DNA of 64,000 nucleotides from a virus (lineage: Duplodnaviria > Caudoviricetes), in the IMG/VR virus record IMGVR_UViG_3300020388_000009; one strand, written 5' to 3'. Position numbers and translations under genes: made by a program. Under the pieces are notes generated by a model that was not told the origin of the DNA, ran no database searches, and saw only the letters and a list, made by a program, of their open reading frames with translations. Shown here in pieces: positions 39,900-50,700 of this stretch (its first letter is position 1; each line of letters starts with the position of its first letter).

Positions 39900-40700
39900 T
39901 TAAATGCTGAATGCCGAACTGTCGATAAAGTCGTCTGGTGGAAATCGAAAATTATAAATAGTTTCTGTCACTTTTATTTGATACCCCTGACCCGGAAAAA
40001 GGTTTCCAATACCATTAAAGGTATACTCTGGCCAATATACATCAGCAGTATTATTTTTCACAATCTGAATTTTATGTGTTATATCTTGTTCAATACCATT
40101 TACAGTCCCGTTAGCAAATGCATCTATCGCATTTTGGGGAGTTCTTCTGTTAAACCCAATTATATTCCAACCTTCTAAAATATTTATATATCCATGTTCA
40201 TATAAACTAGTATGCCATAACAATTGCCGGTTTTCAACTACCTGCTCATTAATTGCTAAATTTGCTCCAAATAATGGAATAGTAAATTCAATTGCTTCCC
40301 TCATCTTTATTTGATATCCTTGACCAGGAAGGAAATCTCCAATTCCATTAAACCCAAATTCCGGCCAGTATACTTGTGCAGCATTGTTTTTAGTAATTTC
40401 TATATTATCTTCAATTTCTGCAAATGTAGCTTGTATATCCTGAGCATATGGTAATACTGATCCTATCATATTCCAACCTTTAAGAAAATTATATGTAACG
40501 TATTGTGCTGCGCCAGGAGATGTGGCATCAATTCCAATAACCTCTTCTATTTCTTGCTCAGGAACTGGTTGAAATGTTGATTGTAATTCATCTGAGTCTG
40601 CCACATCTATTATACCAGCGATATCACGCGTGTAAACAGTGTCAAGTCGATGTTCGGGTGCTAATGTCGATGCAGATCCAGAAATTTGTGATATACTCAT
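39900..40700 (-). CDS. Protein with two tandem GWN.IG...YWPE..FNGIG...PGQGYQIK domains
   Basis: Clear internal duplication; overlaps the upstream stop. Confidence 0.65.
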   Translation of the reverse strand: MSISQISGSASTLAPEHRLDTVYTRDIAGIIDVADSDELQSTFQPVPEQEIEEVIGIDATSPGAAQYVTYNFLKGWNMIGSVLPYAQDIQATFAEIEDNIEITKNNAAQVYWPEFGFNGIGDFLPGQGYQIKMREAIEFTIPLFGANLAINEQVVENRQLLWHTSLYEHGYINILEGWNIIGFNRRTPQNAIDAFANGTVNGIEQDITHKIQIVKNNTADVYWPEYTFNGIGNLFPGQGYQIKVTETIYNFRFPPDDFIDSSAFSI

Positions 40701-43700
40701 TAGAATGTGCCTCCATCAATTACAGTTGTAGTTGTTACAAATGATGCAGTTTGAGAATTTTGTATGTAACTGCTTAAATCTTGATCTCCGGTATTAGTTC
40801 CACTTAAATTAGAACCTATAATAGTACCACTCGCACTTACGTTATTTGAAGCTGTTACATTTCCAAATAATACATTACTACTTGTAACTGCTAAATGTAC
40901 TAAACTTTGGTCACCTGTATTTGTACCTGATAAATTAGATGCTATAATAGTTCCGCTTGAACTTATATCACCTGAAGCCGTTATTGCCGTTGTTGTCAAT
41001 CCTTGAGCACTAGAAGCTATAACAGTTGGGGCAGATATTTGGTTACTTCGTACAGAACTTCGATTTGTACCAGTTCCGACATTTAATTGACTACCTTCAC
41101 TTAAAAATATTGAAGATGCTGTTATATCCGCAGATGCACTAATATTACCAGATTTACCAATTTTAAATTCTGTTATTCCAGCGCTATTTTTTACTGTAAA
41201 TAAATCTGGATCTTTATAAGCACGAGAACCAGACCATGTACCTCCTTCCCATGGATCTGACAATCTCAAATGATTGTTATCTACTATGGAGGCAATTACG
41301 TATGTTCTGAAAAAACTAGCTGATTGTATACGTATTGCATCGCCTTCATTAAATTCAGTTAAAAATGTAGCAGTAGCACTACCGGTAATTCCATTAGATC
41401 CGTTAGATGCCGATATTATTCCAATTGGTATATTAGCACCATCAGATCCTACGATTACACTACCTGACATTATAATTGAATTAGCTGTTAAACTAATTGA
41501 TCCGGAGGTCGGATGTAATACACGGATATCAGCTTTTGCATCTGCCACGTTATAAATTCTATAAGCATCTACGTATATCTCACTTACACCAGCAGGTGTA
41601 TAATATCCAAACATGCGACCAGAAAATTCATCTACTCCACGCGATCCATCTTGTTTATAATTTGTAAAGTATATAGGAGTCAATGATGGTAATTGCAATG
41701 AACTGCTAGCATATACATCTATTCCATTAATGGTTGATCCGAGTAATGTGGATGAACTTATAATAGAAGATGTTATTTGAGTACTTTCAATAAATTCGGT
41801 ATTCATATGACTTGCAGACATCCTACTTGCCGTCATCGATAAAGCTGATTGTATTGCAAAGTTATAACCTAAATTTAAATCATTGGTTAAGTCGGCTCCT
41901 TGAAATGTAGTGAATCCAGAAGCAATCACGGATCCAGAAAACATTCCTAAACGAGCTGCTGATGCTGATACCGCTTTATCAAAAATTGATAAATCTTGTC
42001 CAAATGGTCCTGTATCTCCAGTTCCTGTTTGATTTAATCCAATATTTATTTGTTTTCTATTGGTTGGTCCATAATATTTATTTTCATATAAATCTAAATG
42101 ATGTAAATATTGTGCAGTATCAGACCGGTCATCTGCAAATAATGCACCACTCACTTCAAGTTTATAATACGCATATTTACTAGCAGTTGCTATACTAGCT
42201 GTTACATATGAAATATAATAACCTCGATCTCCGGTATCGCGGTTCTGACCTATACTAGCTAATACTCCTTCATTGTCAGGCATATACGGTCCACCTAACT
42301 TATAAAAAGATGATGTAATTACACCATTAGCTGTATTGGTTGCCATATTACTTGCAGATGCAATTGCATTAAATGTGACATTGTCATGACTAGCCCATAA
42401 TGTGATTCCATCAATAAATGGTAAAGGATCATCTGATGTAGGTGCAGATGCGGTTATATGACTATAATATAATCCAATTGTATCCAATCGTTTTGCTTCT
42501 GAAAAATGGAAACTATGAGTGGTACTTTGGGCATATGATGGAACATCAAAATATCCAAAACTAGATAAATCTGCGTATCCATCAGGAGTATATGCAAATA
42601 TATCACCTCCGTTAACCTGAGTACTCACTGCGCCGGCATCTGCATATTTAGTAGCAGTATTTACTTGGTCATATAATTGTAATGTTTTAATTTGAAATCG
42701 ATCGTTAGGTGGTGGCCCTACATCTGAATCTGATTTAAATTTGATACGATAATATTTGTACTCATTACCTGAGTCAAATTCATGCACAGTAGTTTGATCT
42801 TGTGGCATATCAAATGATGTTATTGGTAACCAATTTTGAGCGTGGTCAGATGTAACCGTATTACTTGAATACATGTGAAAAGAATATGTGGCATCGTTTG
42901 ATGCAGATATTTGCACTGATACTCCCATGGCTGCATTTGCGGTTGGGCCATTATTCACTGCAATTTTATAAAGGTTACGTGCTAGGCTAGTCTCGCCGCT
43001 AGGAGAAGCCGGGAAGGGATCCGCAAAAAGTATGTCTAGACTTATCACATCTGTATCCGGATCAAATACTGCTGCAGTGGATGTATTAGCATCAAACATA
43101 CTGCCAACTTCTCCAGTGTGTAGTTGGTCTGGCCCATAGGTTGATATACCTGATGTTGTGGCAAATGATCGTAACACGATTTTAGTCTCTGTTGTATCGG
43201 ATCCGCCTGTAATACCATCAATATCAACCGGCATGCCAGTTAAATCAATTTTAGTTTCAGACTTAACATAATTGGCGCCGTAGTACCGAACTGGGCCAGT
43301 AAACGATCCAGATACATCGTATAATGATGCAGATCCCAAACGTATCAAATAATCACGTTCTCCAATTGATGATGATACAATTAATAAATCATCCAATTGT
43401 ACATATTCTAACACATCATTTGAATCGGTAGGCGTTAATGTGGTTTTTTCATAATATCCATATTCATTATCACGTTGAGATTTAGATCCAGATGATGAAA
43501 ATAATGTGGTAATAATACCAGGTGATGAAGCTGCTCCTGAGGCTGAACTTCCATCTGTACTAGCCGCGGCTGCTCCAGTTGGTCCTACATATCTATATCC
43601 AACTAACCATAATGGTAGCTTTAATGCAGAACCATCTTCCTTATATAAGTGTACTTCATCAGCGTCATTTAATCCAATTTGTATTGTACCGGCTGCCGGG

Positions 43701-44461
43701 TCAAAAACTCGACCTCCATAATAAATTGCTTCAGTGTCTTCGTCTTGTACACCTGTTAAAGGCACTTTACCAGCCGCAGAATTGTTGAAAGATGATCTTG
43801 CGGTATTTGATTCAAACACTGTTTCTGCGTAATCAGAACCAAAACCTTGCTGATAAAGCCAATTTTTTAATCGATCACCATCACGTTGTATGATATGAGC
43901 TGGAAATGTTTTTATTGGATATCCTCCAGGTGAATTCGTGTAACTGGTTCCTAGTAAATCTGAATTAGCATCTTGACTTGTATCACCTACACCATCTCTA
44001 GTATTTGACCAGTCCATTGCTATGAAAAACTGTTTTGCTGAATTATTTTCCATAATTAATGGCACTATAACTTTTTCAACGTATCGAAACTCGTTTGAAT
44101 AATTGCCATCATCTTCTGGACGTTCACCAGGTGTAGTGGCGCCACCAGCATTTTTATATGTACTAACAAAACTTCCAGAATATAAAGCTTCTAATCGTTG
44201 AGCTTGCGTACCACTGTTGGAGCCTATAAATGTTCCATCAGCTAGCTCTGCGACCGGTGTCCATGTCCTTGTACGTAAAATTTTATCGTCTAATGTTTGA
44301 TCTTGAGATATGCCTGGTTTTTCTGAGATTAAATTGTTAGAAAATATAGGATGTCGTGATTCGAACGGTTCATCTGCTGCAGATCTATCACCCTTTGTAT
44401 GCTGAATATTTGATACATGTTTAAATGATGTATTACGTTTTTCTTCTTGTTGATACGCCAT
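40700..44461 (-). CDS. Large virion protein with two discoidin/F5-8 type C-like domains
   Basis: QISASND...YKYYRIKF and LWASHDNVTF...YAYYKLEV; C-terminal ISAS/NLSGTNTGDQ repeats; ends IDGGTF. Confidence 0.6.
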   Translation of the reverse strand: MAYQQEEKRNTSFKHVSNIQHTKGDRSAADEPFESRHPIFSNNLISEKPGISQDQTLDDKILRTRTWTPVAELADGTFIGSNSGTQAQRLEALYSGSFVSTYKNAGGATTPGERPEDDGNYSNEFRYVEKVIVPLIMENNSAKQFFIAMDWSNTRDGVGDTSQDANSDLLGTSYTNSPGGYPIKTFPAHIIQRDGDRLKNWLYQQGFGSDYAETVFESNTARSSFNNSAAGKVPLTGVQDEDTEAIYYGGRVFDPAAGTIQIGLNDADEVHLYKEDGSALKLPLWLVGYRYVGPTGAAAASTDGSSASGAASSPGIITTLFSSSGSKSQRDNEYGYYEKTTLTPTDSNDVLEYVQLDDLLIVSSSIGERDYLIRLGSASLYDVSGSFTGPVRYYGANYVKSETKIDLTGMPVDIDGITGGSDTTETKIVLRSFATTSGISTYGPDQLHTGEVGSMFDANTSTAAVFDPDTDVISLDILFADPFPASPSGETSLARNLYKIAVNNGPTANAAMGVSVQISASNDATYSFHMYSSNTVTSDHAQNWLPITSFDMPQDQTTVHEFDSGNEYKYYRIKFKSDSDVGPPPNDRFQIKTLQLYDQVNTATKYADAGAVSTQVNGGDIFAYTPDGYADLSSFGYFDVPSYAQSTTHSFHFSEAKRLDTIGLYYSHITASAPTSDDPLPFIDGITLWASHDNVTFNAIASASNMATNTANGVITSSFYKLGGPYMPDNEGVLASIGQNRDTGDRGYYISYVTASIATASKYAYYKLEVSGALFADDRSDTAQYLHHLDLYENKYYGPTNRKQINIGLNQTGTGDTGPFGQDLSIFDKAVSASAARLGMFSGSVIASGFTTFQGADLTNDLNLGYNFAIQSALSMTASRMSASHMNTEFIESTQITSSIISSSTLLGSTINGIDVYASSSLQLPSLTPIYFTNYKQDGSRGVDEFSGRMFGYYTPAGVSEIYVDAYRIYNVADAKADIRVLHPTSGSISLTANSIIMSGSVIVGSDGANIPIGIISASNGSNGITGSATATFLTEFNEGDAIRIQSASFFRTYVIASIVDNNHLRLSDPWEGGTWSGSRAYKDPDLFTVKNSAGITEFKIGKSGNISASADITASSIFLSEGSQLNVGTGTNRSSVRSNQISAPTVIASSAQGLTTTAITASGDISSSGTIIASNLSGTNTGDQSLVHLAVTSSNVLFGNVTASNNVSASGTIIGSNLSGTNTGDQDLSSYIQNSQTASFVTTTTVIDGGTF

Positions 44462-44469
44462 TAGTTATC

Positions 44470-44670
44470 CTAACTATCTTTCAAATTATCTTCGTAATAT
44501 TTAATTGACATTTTTAATTTACTGGCTAATGTTTTCCATTGTCTATAAGTTATAATACGTGTCAAATAAAAATTATCTATTTCACCGCTCTTTTCACCAT
44601 CATTAATTAATATTTTTAACTCAACGTAGTTTTCTTTAAATTCTATGTCAATAATTTTGTCAACGTTCAT
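44470..44670 (-). CDS. Hypothetical protein (66 aa)
   Basis: AAGGA SD; late-motif variant TAATTATA upstream. Confidence 0.6.
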   Translation of the reverse strand: MNVDKIIDIEFKENYVELKILINDGEKSGEIDNFYLTRIITYRQWKTLASKLKMSIKYYEDNLKDS

Positions 44671-44714
44671 AACATCCTTTTATATAATTATGTTTCATGC
44701 ATGTATTTAAATGA

Positions 44715-47700
44715 TTATATATCACCGGTGCCATTTGATGAAACATGTATTCCCTTAATTGAATTTCCATAACTATCTTTAATTCGCACACGCATCAACA
44801 TTACACTTCCTGCATTTGCTGGAATGAATTGAGAAAAATTAATTTTTACTCTGAATGCACCACTTAGATCTTGGCTATGGTTACGCATTTGAGATAATAA
44901 ACCTACATTATCGTTATATAATACTGAACTTAAATTTGCTTGGAATATATTTTGAAATTTTGTTCCAGGATTTGTTGGTGAATTTGCAACACCGACTGTT
45001 GGTAATGGTCCTGGTAGTGCAACATCTATACGTACAGGTCTATCATCTAATCCCACTCCACTTTCAATATTACCGGCTGTAATACGGAAGTTATCTCTAT
45101 TGGTATCATCTGTGAATATAAATATATACATTATTGGCGTGGTTGCTTCAAATGCTCGGCAGTAAAATTTATCACCAGTTTCATTGGAATAATCAGGAGC
45201 ATTTGGATTCACGACCGCGTAATTTATAGTATGGCCTTGTCTATCAGTTGCAACAGATGTATAATCCAATGTCGGATATTCTAATCGGCCATCATAATAT
45301 TGTTGTAGCTCATTGGAACCAGATATTGAAATATGAGATTGGAAGTTTGGTCCAGCAGATGAATCGGTATATAACTCATCATCAATAATAGAAGCACTAA
45401 AATGCCCTCTTAACCAAAAATCAGCATATCCGGGTATACCAGCTGGGGTTGCGCCGGCTACGGCAGCTGTACCATAATTTGCATTTGCTCCTCCTCCTTT
45501 ATTAAAATTGAATGAAGCAGAATCGGCAAATGATGCACTTGTCCATCTAAAAGATTCATTGTAAAAGTCTTCTATCGCTATATCAGATGTTTTGCCGTTG
45601 ATCGCATTTGTACTTGAAATTGCATTTTCATCTAAAAATCGTCCAACTGGTAATTTGGCTTTATTAGGATCAACGGTCCAAGAATCATCAGAACTTAAGT
45701 CACGTTTATAGGTTCGAGCATATAATTGATACACCTGACCTTTATCTGCGTTAGTTACATCCGGAGCTTTGACTTTAAAGTCTTTGATACTAGCACTTGC
45801 ATATGAGGTTGGTACAATGTCTCTAGAAGAGTTTCCAAATTGCAAACCGTTCATATTAGCTGGTAAATTGAATAATGATTGTTCATGCACTGTAGCTGAT
45901 GCTCCACTACCAGTCTCTAATTTAAAATAAGTATTGCCATGATCATGTCCTATTTCAGATACATAATCTGATGAATTGTTTGATCGTCTATATGTGTTAT
46001 GTGGTATAGCATGTACTCGGTCATCCAAACTAATTTTAAAGTACTCATCTTCTTTAAAATAACTAACTCCAGAGAGACTGAAAGTTGGTTCTACTCCTGC
46101 TAGCGGTGCATAACTTAAAGTTGGTTCGCCATGCAAACTAATTGTCGGTTCACCTTTTATTCCGTCATCATAATACCAACTAAACGGTTTCCAACTTTGA
46201 ATTATTTCATCATTAATTGAATGAGAAAATTCCAAATTATTATATCCATCATTTAATTTGGCATCAATTTCTATACGAGCGCTCCAACCTTGATATCCAT
46301 TAGGATAATACTCTACACCATTTTGTATACTTTGTGACACATTGTTAAATGGTTGCACAGTTGTTACAATTAATCGACCTTTGCTGGCATGTGGTGCTGT
46401 GAATGATGCCGTACCATTACCTGCATATTCTGTTGATATATTTTGACTTCCAGATTTAGATAGTAATACAAATTGTCCACCTAAATCATAATTTACTACT
46501 TCCGAGCCGTTAATTTTAACAATTAATGATCCAGAATCACCAAAATCAAATAAACGATCATTGTTGCTATAATCACCAGTACTGGATGGTGTAAATGGAG
46601 TAAATGACATGCTGTAATTAACAGGACCGGTATGTGATTCTTTTGCCATTATCACATTGGTAACATGAGAACCAGGCGAATCATCAGGACCGTAAATACC
46701 TAAACCGGTTGGTAATGTTGCAGAATATAATCTATGATAGTTACCGTCTATACCAACAAAATTAATTCCTTGTCCACCATATGGGTTATTGGTACTATCA
46801 TGGCTGCTAGCATTTCCTGCTCCCCAATATCTTCCTTCCATGGATCGAGGTTTTGCCGGAACCACAGCAAATGTAAACTCGCTAACTGATGATGTTCCTT
46901 GACCATAATATGGATCAGATATTGTAGTAGACCCAGATATAAGAACTGTTAAGTGTTCTACTTTGGTCAATGTACTCATATAACTACTATCTATCGTTAA
47001 CGATGATGTATTATGGCTAGAGTCGGATGATTTGGCTGGTGCGAATGTTAATCCGGTGGGGCCATTAGTATTGTAATTGATATGTACATGGTCTGCAAAT
47101 CTAACATATGATTCAGATGTAATAAGTGGAGCACTTGCCGATATCCCAGATATAACATCGATTGAAATATCATTATCAGCGTTATATGTGACATATACCG
47201 GTAGATCTGAACTTGATGAATAATCTGTGTCTAAGCCAGACGTAGATGCCGCAACAGTAATCGATGCTGTCCGAGCTGGAGATACCGTTATAATTGATTC
47301 ACTAACTACTGCATATTGCACAGTCTTACTATCATTGAATCCATGAGTTACTTTAGATGCGGAAATTATAAACACTTCTGGATCTGTATTAAGACCTCCG
47401 GAATTAATAAACTGTATTGGTGTAAACGATGATGTATATGACATGCTTTGAGATCCATGCTGTTCATACAACGACTCTATAGAGCTTGATAAATGAGCAG
47501 ATCCAGTATGTAATAAAAATTCATGTGATCCAAATGTTCCTATACGTGGCGGAGCTTCAAAGAAAAATATGTTTTCTGCGCCGGCATATTCACCTTCACC
47601 TTCGGCATAATTTCGCCAATGACCGGCTGCAAATGTTATCATATACCATCGGTACAGAGTGCCATTTTCAAATTCAATGTTTTTGTCTTGATTTCCATCT

Positions 47701-50700
47701 GAATGAAAATGTAATGGTTCCCAATTTGCCACAGATCCGGTTGTGAATGCACCTTCATATGCAGAGCCAGAAATTGATATCGCTGTATTAGAATGATGTT
47801 GATTGGTTCGATGTTCTATTACTATTCTATTTAACGCTATTGGTTGTACACAGTCAATTGCAATCCATAAATTAGCACCGGTGTGATCAACGGCCATTGC
47901 ATTGCTATCATATTGCCCGGTATCAGTGTTATATATGTTAACAGTGTTATTCCATCGAGTTAACCAGTTATCAGTATATGAACCTAAGATATATTTTGGT
48001 GGATAACTAGAGTACCAATGCGATGCAGTGATATTAGTTTCTGCTGGAATAAATTCAGGTCCGGTGAAATCAGTCGGGTTTACTCCATCTTTATTACTAA
48101 AACCTGTCACTTCTATTTCTGTTTTAGCATGATGTGGTCCAAATGGTTCTTCTATATCTGCTAATACTCGCATACTTACAAGTTGATTACGTGAATCTGA
48201 ATTCTGATATGTTCGATTTACAACGTTATCTGTTTCAGTGGTTTGAAGTCCATGCAATACTCTAGTTTCGCGCGATGATGTACCGGCCGTTGATCCAGAA
48301 TGTTCCTTTTCCACTTCTACACGCAAATTAGTGATCTGAGTTGCATCAGGAGGTTGAATTGTAATATCTGCACTTGTTACAGACCCAGTTTCAATTCCAT
48401 CCGCGGAATCATTAATTATGTATACACCGGTTGTATTTGATCCTGTTTCAGCTGATGGTGTAAATGTATATGCACCAGCCGCAAATTGAGCTCCTCCATA
48501 CCATGACGAAGTAAAGGTTTGAGAAAATAAATTATCAGAATTCAATGCTCTCATTCCAGAATCACTTGCGGTGTCTTGACTGGCAGTATGGAATCCAAAT
48601 GCAAATGAATGACCTTGACCATCTGTCGCAGATACCTGAGTTTGGAAATGACCTAATCCTAGCGGTTCAATAACTTTACCTAATATACGGAAACGCATTG
48701 CAGCACTTCCAGACCATATATCACCTATTGCATCAGCTGTTTGTGCTGTTAAAGTATTATTATGCCCGTATAATATTTTCTGCGTCCGTGAACTGACTCC
48801 AATACTTGAACTGTATGGAAAGGCTTCTGTTTCTACTCGCAGTCCATCTATTTCTAATGGTTTACTTGCACTTACTACAAGATATAGATATTGAGTACCG
48901 GTACTGGATTCATATCCATTTTCGGATACATTATCATGTTTAATAAAATTAGTAGTATCAGATAAATATATTTGTATATAATCATTTGTTGAATTATTAT
49001 TATAACTTCCTGATAAAGTTTCTCCGATCCATGATGATGTATATCGACCAACTAATCGTGACTGTTCATCATATCCTACTTCAGATGATGCAGTTTGAGT
49101 TGATGATGTACTGAACGCAATAAATTCGCTATACTTAGTATTGCCGCCATAACCTTTATTATCTATATAATATCGCATTAACGAACTACTATGCATTGGT
49201 CCTACTGGTTCTATAATTTCAGTTAAAATACGGAATCGCGTCACTGCATGTGGATCATATATATCAGATAAATCACTACCAGTTGCGCGAGTTGTTTCTT
49301 CGCCATATAAAATTGATCTGGAAATTGCACTGGCATTTGACACAGATGTGTTTTGCGTACCGATACCACTCTCTCCCCGTGTTTCAGTTTCTATTCGCCA
49401 GTTTTCTATTATTGTAGGTGCAGTATCAATTATTTGCATTGTAGTTGTAGTAGGTGATGATATTGTATGATCATTTTCATTTGTTGGTGCATGTACAAAA
49501 CTAGCAGAAGCAATCCAATCTCGCGTACTTCCGGCGCCTACTGATAAACTACTTCCGGAAAACGATGTTGTGTATTGTGCTACAATTCTATTTGATGAAT
49601 CTTCAAATGAATTGACCGTTACTATTGATGAACCAGTTTCAAATGTAATTGTTTCAGTTATATTAGTTTGTCCGGAAGATTTAAGTATTTTGGTAACAGC
49701 CGTTGGATGTGTAACTGGACCTACTGGTTCAATTATTTCAGCTCGTATTCGGAATCTAGATACCGATTGTGATGCGTATAATGATGCAGAATCATGAGTT
49801 GCAAATGATGATGAATCAGCTAATGATCGTCTAGTTACTCCATATAACACGGTCCGCTGTTGTGTTCCGGTAACGCCGGCGTCCGTAACAGCGCTAGCAC
49901 TATGACCATAATTTTCAGATTCTACAAATATATTTTTAATAATTGTCGGTGGTGTATCATGTACAGTTAACTCACCATCCGTTTCAGTAATATCAAATCC
50001 ATTTTCGCCAGAAACTTGTTCTATGAAACTGCCAGTCAAAACATATACTGTATTACCACCTGCAGCTGCCGTAAATGATCTTCCTGTAAATGATTGTGTA
50101 TATCGAGTAACTAATCGGTCTTGGTCATCATAACCATGTGTAACTAGTCCACCTTCCGCTATTGATCCAGTATCTATCATGTAAAGTTTAGAACCACTAC
50201 CATATGATGCACTTACCTGTATTTTATGAACACCTGGTCCAATTGGTTCAGTTACCTTTGCTCGGAATCTTACACGTGATACTGATTGAGATGCGTATAT
50301 GGATGCGGATGGATGATTAGTCCATGACAAACTTTCAGATGTTGCATTTGTTATTCGAGGATCTCCGTATAACACTGTACGGGTTGCATTAGACATGGCC
50401 ATATCAGAATATCCATGCGTTTCTGTTTCCCAGAAAACATCTTCAATGGCAACTTTCGGAGTATCATGTACTACCATGGTAGTTGATTGTCCAGATTCGG
50501 TTACAAATCCACTAGCATCATTAGGTGTATGTAATATTGATCCGGAAGTATATGTCCATTCGGTAAAACTATTACTACTAGCTGATAATTGTTGTCCTAC
50601 CCATGATGATGTGTAATGAGCAACCAATCGGTTCTGTGCATCATATGCAATTGCAGATGAAGCAGTATGAACTGAGCCAGTACTAAAATATAATATATTA

